This document shows, in pieces, positions 55,999 through 64,000 of a stretch of 64,000 nucleotides of DNA. The translations under genes and the position numbers were made by a program. A model generated the notes under the pieces. That model was not told where the DNA came from. It ran no database searches and saw only the letters and a list, made by a program, of their open reading frames with translations. How positions within the stretch are numbered: the stretch's first letter is position 1; each line of letters begins with the position of its first letter. This DNA comes from an uncultured Gammaproteobacteria bacterium (GTDB lineage: Bacteria > Patescibacteriota > Patescibacteriia > UBA11705 > DATKZF01). The DNA is taken from positions 13,093 through 77,092 of the forward strand of contig CAYPKD010000004.1 of the NCBI GenBank assembly GCA_964411255.1. The letters run 5' to 3'.

Positions 55999-56667
55999 TT
56001 ATTTTACTTGAGTAACTTTACCTATTTGTCCTTTTTTTTCCAATTTTTTAGCTTGATCTAGCAGATCTGTATCAGTTTTTTTAATAAATATATTCATTGC
56101 TACTTTTAGATCATCTGGTAACTCTTTGATATTCGCATTTACAAGATGAAGATCTTTATTAACTACTAGGTTTCTAGGCAAATACTTAAAATCATTCCGT
56201 TCAATAATTAAAGTCCCATCAACAATTAAATGATTTGGTAATCTTTTAATATCATAAACAGCAGGATTGATTCGAAGATCACCTTTTATTTTAAGATGTG
56301 GAAGAGGGGCTGATCTGTCAAACTTCTTCTCTATCCAATTTACAGCAGCTTGTCCTGAAAATCCGACTTCATTATGTACCCAGTCTAATACCTCTTCAGG
56401 AAGATTTAAATCAAAACCCTCATCTGACTTTTTTTTCTTTTCTTGTTCTTTTTTATCTTTTATCCTTAATAATTCATTTTTATAATCAGTATACAAATTC
56501 AAAGCTTCTTGCAATTTCCCAGTTTTTTCCGCAGCTACAGCTTGATCCATTATCTTTCCGAGAAAATCCTTTTCTTCAGGAGTTAAAGGCACACGCTTAA
56601 CTTCAGCGCGCTTTGGGCGGGCCATTTTGAGTTGATTTTCTAATGATTGGGGTTGTTCTTTTGGCAT
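55999..56667 (-). CDS. paralog family member D2
   Basis: Same N-terminal module. LPNHLIVDGTLII / LPRNLVVNKDLHL / LPDDLKVAMNIFI repeats. Confidence 0.8.
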   Translation of the reverse strand: MPKEQPQSLENQLKMARPKRAEVKRVPLTPEEKDFLGKIMDQAVAAEKTGKLQEALNLYTDYKNELLRIKDKKEQEKKKKSDEGFDLNLPEEVLDWVHNEVGFSGQAAVNWIEKKFDRSAPLPHLKIKGDLRINPAVYDIKRLPNHLIVDGTLIIERNDFKYLPRNLVVNKDLHLVNANIKELPDDLKVAMNIFIKKTDTDLLDQAKKLEKKGQIGKVTQVK

Positions 56668-56675
56668 AATTAGAG

Positions 56676-58157
56676 CTAAATTTCTATTACTCTTTTTACA
56701 TATGTATTTTCATCTTTAGCAATGATATACGCCTTATTATCATTAATTGGTACAACATGGTAAATTTTATCATAATCCTCACTAACTTTTTCTCTTTTTT
56801 CATTTACCATAAACCATTTATCACCTTTTTTTGCTTTAAAAACTAGCGTTCCTTCAATATCCTCAACAGAACTAATTTTATCATATTCATCACTAATTTT
56901 TTCACCTTTTTCATTAATTAAAAATTGTTTTCCATCGTTTTCTGCATAAAAAATGATCCTACCTCCAATATCTAATGGATGCCTGACAAAATCATAGTCT
57001 TTTCCAATAATTTCACCCTTTTCATTTACAATGTATTTTTTTTTCTTGATTTTAACTTGATAAAACATAATTCCTGCAACATTGAAAATGAACTCGATTC
57101 CATCATAATCTTCACTAAGTTTTTTGCCTTTTTCATCCACGATAAACCATTTATCATCTTTTTTTGCTCCAAACACAAGTTTGCCCCCGATGTTTTTTGG
57201 AGTACCAATTTCCTCATAATCTTGTTCAAGTTCTTCCCCTTTTTCATTGACGATAAACCATTTATTATCTCTGGTTGCCGAGAAAACAATATTCCCCCCA
57301 ATATTATCCAGATATGAAATCCATTCATATCCTTTACTGATTTTTTCTCCTTTTTCATTAAATACAAACCATTCGCTACCCTGTCTGGCATGGAAAAACA
57401 TTTTATCTTCAAAAAATTGAGGAGGATCAATAGCATTATATTCTTGCCCATATTTACCTTCTTTTTCATTCACCAGAAACCATTTACTACTATTTTTTTT
57501 TGTTTCACAGGCATGAAATACACATTCTCCTTTTACATTCATTAGATTTGAAACAGATGAATAATTGCTGCCAATCTTTTCTCCTTTCTCATTTACTACA
57601 AAGTATTCATCGTTTTTCATTCCACTAATAAATAACTGCCCGGCTATATCAGTAATATGATGTATTTCATCAAACGCTGCTCCTATTCTTTCTCCCTGTT
57701 CATTAACTACAAAACTCTTCTTATCCTGTTCAACAGGAAAAAATAACCTGCCTAGGCTATGCATAGGATTATGAGCAAAGTCATAGCCTTTTCCGATCTT
57801 TCTGTCTTGCCCATAAATAACATAAAATTTGCCATCTTTTTTTGCACTAAAAGCAATTTTACCTTCTATATCTGAAGGCTCATAATATTCTTCGTACTCA
57901 TCTAAATTTATTGTATATTCCTGTTCCTTTTCTGAAATAGATTCCTTTATCTTTAACAATTCATTCTTATAGTCTGTATAAAATCCCAAAGCCTTTTCTA
58001 ATTCTCCAGCCTTTTCCGCAACTACAGCTTTTTCCATAATCTCACCTAAGAATTCTTTTTCCTCAGGTGTCAACGGTACACGTTTAACCTCAGCGCGCTT
58101 TGGACGTGCCATCTTCAATTGACTTTCAAGTGATTGTTCAGTTTGTTCTGCTTTCAT
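56676..58157 (-). CDS. paralog family member D3: N-terminal module fused to about ten WG-like (KWF-variant) beta repeats
   Basis: N-terminal module, then about 38-aa repeats DKWFIVNEKGEKISxDYDxI....IGGxLVFxAKKD. 493 aa. Confidence 0.8.
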   Translation of the reverse strand: MKAEQTEQSLESQLKMARPKRAEVKRVPLTPEEKEFLGEIMEKAVVAEKAGELEKALGFYTDYKNELLKIKESISEKEQEYTINLDEYEEYYEPSDIEGKIAFSAKKDGKFYVIYGQDRKIGKGYDFAHNPMHSLGRLFFPVEQDKKSFVVNEQGERIGAAFDEIHHITDIAGQLFISGMKNDEYFVVNEKGEKIGSNYSSVSNLMNVKGECVFHACETKKNSSKWFLVNEKEGKYGQEYNAIDPPQFFEDKMFFHARQGSEWFVFNEKGEKISKGYEWISYLDNIGGNIVFSATRDNKWFIVNEKGEELEQDYEEIGTPKNIGGKLVFGAKKDDKWFIVDEKGKKLSEDYDGIEFIFNVAGIMFYQVKIKKKKYIVNEKGEIIGKDYDFVRHPLDIGGRIIFYAENDGKQFLINEKGEKISDEYDKISSVEDIEGTLVFKAKKGDKWFMVNEKREKVSEDYDKIYHVVPINDNKAYIIAKDENTYVKRVIEI

Positions 58158-58183
58158 ATTGTTATATGATATATGTTACATGA

Positions 58184-58906
58184 TTAAAGTTTTTCAGGCA
58201 TAAATGATGCCTTTTCCGTTTTCATTAATTCTTTAATATACTTTTGTGCTTTTTTATCTTTTTTTATTGACTCTTCAAGATCCTTTTCAATCTCTGGCTT
58301 AATGTCCATCTCAAATCGTTCAAATGATTTTTCTGATAAATTTTCATCATTTAAAATTTCAATAATTTTCAAACTCTCTTCAGGTAAATTAAAAAAATCA
58401 AGCGAATTATCCTTTTCAACATTATATTTGTCAATCAATATTCTTCTAAATTTTCTCAGACCACCTATTTCAGCCATTGAATCTAAAACGAGCTCTTTTT
58501 GATTAACTACAAAATTTATTTCTTCCTGCCAATGCTGCGGGTCATCAGCCTTAGCCTTAGCCTTTGCCATTGTATATCTGCGAATTAAATAATCTAAAAT
58601 CATTTCTCTTTTATATAATGTTTTAATATTATCAATTATCTCTTCATGTTTTTTCTCCTTTATACGATTTATTTCTTTTTTCCTCTCTTCCTGCAATTTA
58701 TCGTTTATTTTCATTAATTCGTTTTTATAATCAGTATACAAATCTAGGGCTTCTTTTAGTTTCCCCGCTTTCTCTGCCGCCACTGCCTTATCCATTATCT
58801 TTCCGATAAATTCCTTTTCTTCTGGCGTTAAGGGCACACGCTTAACCTCACTCCGCCGCGAGCGGGCCATCTTCAATTGACTTTCAAGTGATTGTTCTGC
58901 TTTCAT
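58184..58906 (-). CDS. paralog family member D4: N-terminal module fused to an unrelated charged helical C-terminal region
   Basis: N-terminal module (MKAEQSLESQLKMARSRRSEVKRVPLTPEEKEFIGKIMDKAVAAEKAGKLKEALDLYTDYKNELMKI). C-terminal part lacks LP repeats. Confidence 0.75.
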   Translation of the reverse strand: MKAEQSLESQLKMARSRRSEVKRVPLTPEEKEFIGKIMDKAVAAEKAGKLKEALDLYTDYKNELMKINDKLQEERKKEINRIKEKKHEEIIDNIKTLYKREMILDYLIRRYTMAKAKAKADDPQHWQEEINFVVNQKELVLDSMAEIGGLRKFRRILIDKYNVEKDNSLDFFNLPEESLKIIEILNDENLSEKSFERFEMDIKPEIEKDLEESIKKDKKAQKYIKELMKTEKASFMPEKL

Positions 58907-58921
58907 ATTGGTTTGAGCAAG

Positions 58922-59557
58922 TTACTGTTCTTCCAATCCCTTTACTCTCCCTTCGTTTATGGCTTTTAGTACAGATTCTCTTAATTTAGTTTTTGATGCA
59001 TTACTAATAACTTTGCAATCAACTCTAATATCATCAGGCAATACTACAATATCAGTATCCAACAAATTTAAATTTCCTCTAACATGTAAATTATTGGGTA
59101 AATCGCCTAATGATGTGCCTTTTAATGAGAATTCTCCATCAATCTCTAAATTTTCAGGCATTTCAGTACAATTTTTTTTATGTTCAATTTTAATAGGACT
59201 ATCAACTATAATTTTTGGATATTTACTAAAATCAACATTAGCATCTGTCCATGATTCAATATTTGTATCTTCTATAAAAATTGATGAAAGCCATTCAATA
59301 AATTTTTGCCTGGTATTTTTTATTTTTTCAATTTGTTCCTTTTCTTCCTTTATTTTATTTAATTCATTTTTATAATCTGTATAATACCCCAAAGCCTCAG
59401 CCAATTTTCCTGCCTTTTCCGCAGCTACAGCTTTATCCATAATCTCACCTAAAAAAGCCTTTTCTTCTGGAGTTAATGGCACACGCTTAACCTCACTCCG
59501 CCGCGGGCGGGCCATTTGGAGTTGATTTTCTAATGATTGTTTTGGCTTTTCTTTCAT
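58922..59557 (-). CDS. paralog family member D5 (track ORF extends to 59596; family-consistent start MKEKPKQSLENQLQMARP at 59557)
   Basis: Same N-terminal module. LPNNLHVRGNLNL / LPDDIRVDCKVIS repeats. Confidence 0.75.
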   Translation of the reverse strand: MKEKPKQSLENQLQMARPRRSEVKRVPLTPEEKAFLGEIMDKAVAAEKAGKLAEALGYYTDYKNELNKIKEEKEQIEKIKNTRQKFIEWLSSIFIEDTNIESWTDANVDFSKYPKIIVDSPIKIEHKKNCTEMPENLEIDGEFSLKGTSLGDLPNNLHVRGNLNLLDTDIVVLPDDIRVDCKVISNASKTKLRESVLKAINEGRVKGLEEQ

Positions 59558-59599
59558 AATAAAGGTAATATATTTCCGCTGATTTGGGATATTCAATTC

Positions 59600-59672
59600 T
59601 GTTAAATAGATCTCTCGACTGCGCCCTTCACAAGCTCAGGGCTTCGCTAGAGATGACAGCTGGACAGCGGTA
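59600..59672 (-). repeat. GC-rich hairpin repeat element, degenerate copy 4 (immediately upstream of array D)
   Basis: Reverse complement CCGCTGTCCAGCTGTCATCTC-TAGCGAAGCCCTGAGCTTGTGAAGGGCGCAGTCGAGAGA. Shares the GCTG(T)CC..GTCAT head and a GC hairpin. Shares 10-11-mers with 27538-27560 and 44770-44782. Confidence 0.4.
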
Positions 59673-59678
59673 TTAAAC

Positions 59679-60158
59679 CTACTTGAGTTTATTAACCTGC
59701 TTTACAATTTCATTAATATCTAAATAATCCTCAAAGTTCTTTCCCTTATATGCCCAGACGATTTCATGATCTGGGTTTATTAAAAATAAAGCTGGTAGGC
59801 TCATTTTTTTATTATTTTTTATCTCAGTTTTCACACCAAGCAGCTCTGTTATATTAAATTCTGGATCAGGCAAAATTGGAAATTTTAATAATAAAAATGA
59901 TTTTAGCACAGCAGTGCCCATTTTATTATCATTTGAAATTGCCAAAGGCTTGGCTTTTAATTTATCTAAATTTTCGTTAAGTTTCATTAAATGTTTTCTG
60001 CACAGACCGCACCATTTGCCTCTGATAAAGGTAATCAAAACCCAGTCATCTTTTTGCCAATTATAAAAATTAAAGATACCCCCTTTAGTATCTTCAAGTT
60101 GCCAATTATTAATTTGTATATTCATATACGATTTATTCGTAACTTTAACAACAATCAT
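59679..60158 (-). CDS. thioredoxin-fold redoxin (AhpC/TSA-like; single CxxC)
   Basis: ..WVLITFIRGKWCGLCRKHL.. CxxC in thioredoxin-fold context. Confidence 0.65.
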   Translation of the reverse strand: MIVVKVTNKSYMNIQINNWQLEDTKGGIFNFYNWQKDDWVLITFIRGKWCGLCRKHLMKLNENLDKLKAKPLAISNDNKMGTAVLKSFLLLKFPILPDPEFNITELLGVKTEIKNNKKMSLPALFLINPDHEIVWAYKGKNFEDYLDINEIVKQVNKLK

Positions 60159-60303
60159 CTAAGCTTAATTCATCCAGCTCTTTCATTTGCTTTTCGAACT
60201 TTTGCAAACATTCTTCACTACAAAAATTTTGGTCATGTTTTTCAATGCAATCTTTTTCAATCTTTTTTTCACAAACAATACATTTTTTTTTGAATATTCC
60301 CAT
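60145..60303 (-). CDS. possible small zinc-ribbon protein (52 aa; MGIFKKKCIVCEKKIEKDCIEKHDQNFCSEECLQKF..)
   Basis: Manual translation. CxxC..C..CxxxC pattern. Below the track cutoff. No clear RBS. Confidence 0.25.
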   Translation of the reverse strand: MGIFKKKCIVCEKKIEKDCIEKHDQNFCSEECLQKFEKQMKELDELSLDDCC

Positions 60304-60304
60304 A

Positions 60305-61000
60305 TTAAAAGTGACCGTTTTTATGGTTTTTTTCTATTTCAACTTCTTCTTCAATCTTTTTCTCTGCCACTTTTTTTACTTTATAAAAACCAAGCAAAGA
60401 AAACACCAATACAGCTGACACAATAATTCCAATCAAATTTGCTACAGCTGATTGAAGGGCACCAATTATAATTGCCGGATTTAGCATGCCAATACCAATT
60501 GAAATAGTGGCAAACGGCGGCAACAAAGTGACGGCAATGGCTATTCCAGGCAAAATTACAGATAATTCCTTTCTGGCCCAGGCAAAAGCAGCAGCCACGC
60601 CTGATGCAATAGCAACATAAAAAAATGTTAAATTTACAAAGCTTTTTGAACTAATCTCTTCTGTAATAACTTTTTCCGGAGCAATAATGGTCATTATCAA
60701 AGATACTATTAAAATTATGCCAATTGACTTCACAATAATTTTAATTGACCACCACATTACTTTTTTATCAACTACCACAACACCCAGAGCTAATGTTAAT
60801 AATGGCGATAAAAGCGGTGCAATCAGCATTCCACCTATTATAACCGGAACATTGTCTAAAAGCAGTCCTAAAGATACAATAACAGATGATAAAATTAACA
60901 TCAAATAAAAAGAATAAGTCAATTTACTTGATTCTATAAGTTCAGTTGCACGCTTTTTTTTCTCACGTGTTTTTGGTATTAATGTATCGTTTTTAGTCAT
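60305..61000 (-). CDS. DUF389-like integral membrane protein
   Basis: ..VIIGGMLIAPLLSPLLTLALGVVV.. Hydrophobic repeats resemble DUF389. Confidence 0.5.
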   Translation of the reverse strand: MTKNDTLIPKTREKKKRATELIESSKLTYSFYLMLILSSVIVSLGLLLDNVPVIIGGMLIAPLLSPLLTLALGVVVVDKKVMWWSIKIIVKSIGIILIVSLIMTIIAPEKVITEEISSKSFVNLTFFYVAIASGVAAAFAWARKELSVILPGIAIAVTLLPPFATISIGIGMLNPAIIIGALQSAVANLIGIIVSAVLVFSLLGFYKVKKVAEKKIEEEVEIEKNHKNGHF

Positions 61001-61020
61001 GTGATTTATATCCTGGAATT

Positions 61021-61092
61021 ATAATTACTGCGTTAGGTAATACAAAACTATTAGCAAATTCCCACCTTTGCGGGAATGACGGACAGGACAGC
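61021..61092 (-). repeat. GC-rich hairpin repeat element, copy 5
   Basis: Reverse complement GCTGTCCTGTCCGTCATTCCCGCAAAGGTGGGAATTTGCTAATAGTTTTGTATTACCTAACGCAGTAAT. Collinear with copy 1 over about 70 nt. Confidence 0.55.
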
Positions 61093-61093
61093 T

Positions 61094-62134
61094 TTATTTA
61101 TTAATAAATTCTTTTGCTAAATCAATATAATCAGAATATCCATGCTTTTTCATATAATACCACCATTCTACTCCCCAAATATAATATTTTTCAAAACCAG
61201 CTTCTTTTGCATATTCAGTATTTTCTATAAATAATTCCGGACTGAATTTTTCATATTGCTCGATTATTGGCACACTGGTAAATGGTACATTAAACCATGG
61301 TTCCATTTGAAATTCAGCAACTATTACTTTATCTACCCTTTTTTCTGCCAAATAAGCTCTTTTTGAATACCAGGCTGGGGGGCTGGCCCAGTGAAAGTCT
61401 CCAAGTAAAGGATTAGAAACATCGCGATACATTGTAATACCTAAAATATCAGCATATTTTGTAACATTCAGCCAGGTGCTTAATTCTCCAGAATCAGTAA
61501 GCATTATTTGTCTATCTGGATCAAGAGAATGAACCAAATCAATTTCATTTACAAAAATTTCTTTGTTTGGCTTTGGACATCTGCCAAATGGAAATAGCGC
61601 CTCATTTTCAACCTGCCACATATTAATAACCTTTTTATCTTTATATCTATTTACAACTGTCTCAATCATTTCTAAAAGCTCTTTTTCCTTTGTGTCATAC
61701 ATTAAATCCTGCACCCAGTCTGGTTCATAGCATTCTGGCCAGCGAAGCAATTTTCTGCCAACAGCTAATACAACCTTGCCATCTCTTTTTTCTACTTCAT
61801 TGATCATCCAATCTAATTGTTCAAAATTATATTGATTATTTTCAGGCTCAATTTCATCCCAATAAGCGGAAATCCTGACATCTGTTAATTTCAGTTCATC
61901 AAGCATGTTTATAAAAGTATTTTGCCAGTCTAAATGCAATTCCTGGGCAAATCGTGGGCTAAAAGTAACGCCCCACTCTGGATTATTATTTCTCGGCTTT
62001 TCTGGTAGTAATGAATATAAAAAAAAGAAAATTGCCAAAGCAAGTAATATGATCATTACTATTATAAATACTATAAATCTAATTTTAATTTTTTGTGGTT
62101 TTGGTTTTCTTTTTAGTTTTTTCTTTTTCACCAT
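61094..62134 (-). CDS. membrane-anchored hypothetical protein, possible glycoside-hydrolase-like TIM-barrel domain
   Basis: N-terminal basic segment plus TM. Trp-rich ectodomain (..WGVTFSP.., ..YWDEIEPENNQYNF..). Assignment weak. Confidence 0.35.
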   Translation of the reverse strand: MVKKKKLKRKPKPQKIKIRFIVFIIVMIILLALAIFFFLYSLLPEKPRNNNPEWGVTFSPRFAQELHLDWQNTFINMLDELKLTDVRISAYWDEIEPENNQYNFEQLDWMINEVEKRDGKVVLAVGRKLLRWPECYEPDWVQDLMYDTKEKELLEMIETVVNRYKDKKVINMWQVENEALFPFGRCPKPNKEIFVNEIDLVHSLDPDRQIMLTDSGELSTWLNVTKYADILGITMYRDVSNPLLGDFHWASPPAWYSKRAYLAEKRVDKVIVAEFQMEPWFNVPFTSVPIIEQYEKFSPELFIENTEYAKEAGFEKYYIWGVEWWYYMKKHGYSDYIDLAKEFINK

Positions 62135-62136
62135 AT

Positions 62137-63027
62137 TTAAAATAATAAATATAATCCAAACGCAATTAATAATATTGCAATTGATTTTTGAATGATTACT
62201 TTTTTAGTAATATTTTCTTTTAACTGAGGAAATCTCTTTGCAAATATGAGGGTCAAAATTAATAAAAATGCAAATTGAGTGCCAGCCATAGCATTAACCA
62301 GGCTTACTTTACCAATTGAAATTGCGTAATTTACTAAAACAAAGGCAATGGCTGCGCTTACTTGTGAAATTAAAATCAAGCTTGCTTTTGCCTGAGTTGA
62401 TTTTTTATTTCTGCCTTTAATTTCTTTTAACACCAATTTAAGTGTTTGTGGGTAAATAAATAATATTAAACTGCCCAAAAAACCTCCAACTCTCATAATG
62501 ACAAAACCTGATACAAAATCAGATTCTAAAAATATATATTTGCTTAAAAAGTAAAAACCACCTAAAAGCAAAGCCCCCAATGCTGCCCAGACAAATGTTA
62601 ATTTTGGCTTACCTCTTTTTTTCTTTTTATAGCTAATAACAATTCCGCCAATAATAATTACAAAAAAAGCGATCAATTGCTTGCTTGATAAGCTTTCAAT
62701 TCCTGATATTGAAGCTAAAATTAATACAAATACTGGAATAAAGCCGCCAACAAACGATACTACTCTGCTGGTTTGACCCATTTTTATTGCTTTGTAAAAA
62801 GGAACTAAGCCTAAAGTATAGAGCATGCCAGCAAATAAGCTAACAAAGATTATCCAAATGCTCGGCCAGGAAAATCCAAAAAACACAAACACCAAACCTA
62901 ACAAACCTAAGGTGCCTACAGTTGCAGCATACACTCTTGGTTTATTAACTTTTGATAAAACTAATTTATCGACAAGACCATTTATTGAAAAAAATAAATA
63001 GCCTGAAATGGCAATTAAAATCCACAT
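62137..63027 (-). CDS. EamA/DMT-superfamily transporter (10 TM)
   Basis: Two-fold repeated 5-TM architecture by hydropathy. Typical size of 296 aa. Confidence 0.55.
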   Translation of the reverse strand: MWILIAISGYLFFSINGLVDKLVLSKVNKPRVYAATVGTLGLLGLVFVFFGFSWPSIWIIFVSLFAGMLYTLGLVPFYKAIKMGQTSRVVSFVGGFIPVFVLILASISGIESLSSKQLIAFFVIIIGGIVISYKKKKRGKPKLTFVWAALGALLLGGFYFLSKYIFLESDFVSGFVIMRVGGFLGSLILFIYPQTLKLVLKEIKGRNKKSTQAKASLILISQVSAAIAFVLVNYAISIGKVSLVNAMAGTQFAFLLILTLIFAKRFPQLKENITKKVIIQKSIAILLIAFGLYLLF

Positions 63028-63065
63028 ATATAATCACATATCACATATTATGTGGCATGTAACAA

Positions 63066-63992
63066 TTATAAATATAATGAAATTAAGTATCCAAGGATTG
63101 AAAAGAAAGCAATTGGCGGCAAAGCAGGCATAGGAGAACGTTTCTTTTGTATAGCAAATAAAATATGAATGGTCATCACGCCAATTAATGAGCCTAGAAT
63201 TATTAATGCTGCGCTTATTACATTTGTTGAAATAACAGAAGCGGCAAAAATCATTGGCAAGGCAATATCACCTGTTCCCAAAAACATAAATCCTTCCTTT
63301 GGCTTTACCTTTTTCAAATCAACAAACCAATTATGTGCATGTTCTGGAATGACAATAGAAAAAATAATACCCCTAGACAGCAATCCTTTAAACATTTTTA
63401 CCATTGTCTTTGTTCTATAAACAGCTATATAATCGTAAATTGATAATATTACTAAAATAATAACCACCCCTAAAGGTTTCAGGTCAAGACCGATTGATGC
63501 AGACAATCCTGCTAAACCAAATATTAAAGCAACATTATGAGACCAAATTTGCGGTACAGTCAATCTTAATATTAATATTATTAAAGCAACAGCCAAAGCT
63601 AATTCAAAAGGCATCACAGTCTGAAAAACAGTAAAGGCACCTAATACGATAACAAAGTAAAATATAAGAATAAAAAATCTTCCACCACGTAAAAATCGTA
63701 TTGCCAGAACTATAAATAAAGTTGCAATAATAAATGAAGTTAAAAAATAATACCAAGGAACTGGTTCAGGCGCTACTTCAAATCCCCTTTTAGCAAATAA
63801 AAAGACAGCAGTTATGCCTGCAATTATCTGAGCAACTAAAAAAGTTAAGGAATTTTGCCATAATATTGACCAGCTCATTCTAAAATGAGATTTTTCTTTT
63901 TTCTTTTTTACTATTTTTCTAGGTTTTGTCTTTCGGGTTGTCCTTTTTGTTTTTGTTGCTTTTTTCTTTTTTTGAGTTTTAGTTTTTGGCAT
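63066..63992 (-). CDS. polytopic membrane protein with presenilin/signal-peptide-peptidase-like YD and GxGD motifs (candidate A22 intramembrane aspartyl protease)
   Basis: ..ILSIYDYIAVY.. (YD) and ..FLGTGDIALP.. (GxGD) in successive TM segments. Highly basic cytosolic N-terminus. Confidence 0.45.
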   Translation of the reverse strand: MPKTKTQKKKKATKTKRTTRKTKPRKIVKKKKEKSHFRMSWSILWQNSLTFLVAQIIAGITAVFLFAKRGFEVAPEPVPWYYFLTSFIIATLFIVLAIRFLRGGRFFILIFYFVIVLGAFTVFQTVMPFELALAVALIILILRLTVPQIWSHNVALIFGLAGLSASIGLDLKPLGVVIILVILSIYDYIAVYRTKTMVKMFKGLLSRGIIFSIVIPEHAHNWFVDLKKVKPKEGFMFLGTGDIALPMIFAASVISTNVISAALIILGSLIGVMTIHILFAIQKKRSPMPALPPIAFFSILGYLISLYL

Positions 63993-64000
63993 ATTTTTTA

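Noticed and set aside
56979-57469. ORFs 56979..57317 (+) and 57026..57469 (-) inside D3
   Set aside because: They lie within the WG-like repeat region of D3. The repeat periodicity creates long alternative frames. The D3 frame carries the conserved N-module.

Overview
This is an AT-rich (about 30% GC by eye), gene-dense bacterial window with short intergenic spacers. The gene set looks like a reduced-genome Patescibacteria/CPR-type organism; that placement is inference only. Gene set: proS without an editing domain, mreB, mreC, a mreD-like gene, mrdA, greA, serS, alr, an ftsQ-like gene, an M23 peptidase, gltX, clpB, def, fmt, queA, a SpoU/TrmL-like methyltransferase, a PriA-like protein with degenerate helicase motifs, an ECF sigma factor and glycosyltransferases. 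I saw no rRNA, tRNA or CRISPR array.

The dominant non-housekeeping feature is a greatly expanded paralog family. Fifteen intact genes, one truncated remnant and one N-domain-less relative sit in three tandem arrays: 6635-10287 on the + strand, and 49564-53256 and 55338-59557 on the - strand. Every member has a nearly invariant N-terminal module of about 65 aa (..SLESQLQMARPKRAEVKRVPLTPEEKEFLGEIMDKAVAAEKAGELQEALNLYTDYKNELLKIKE..) that is also conserved at the nucleotide level. This is followed by a hypervariable C-terminal part, usually about 20-aa LPxNLxVxGDLxL-type repeats, once WG-like beta repeats and once an unrelated helical domain. Most members also share a short C-terminal cap (..LKxxGKIKGxV). 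Cassette-like mosaicism and segmental duplication are visible. I could not assign this family to any family I know.

Also notable:
- A dispersed GC-rich hairpin repeat element of about 75 bp (five copies) sits at the 5' boundaries of two paralog arrays and inside the truncated remnant.
- A 1.4 kb GC-rich (about 50-55% by eye) foreign-looking gene has a consensus promoter and terminator.
- A MITE-like element with about 19-bp terminal inverted repeats lies in a 900-bp non-coding gap.
- Terminator-promoter cassettes are repeated three times around two pentapeptide-repeat genes.
- An ECF sigma factor is paired with a VWA-domain anti-sigma-like gene.
- A WecG/TagA-NUDIX fusion is present.
- AMMECR1, a Memo/LigB-like gene and a radical SAM gene are dispersed across the window.
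- A presenilin-like intramembrane protease candidate is present.
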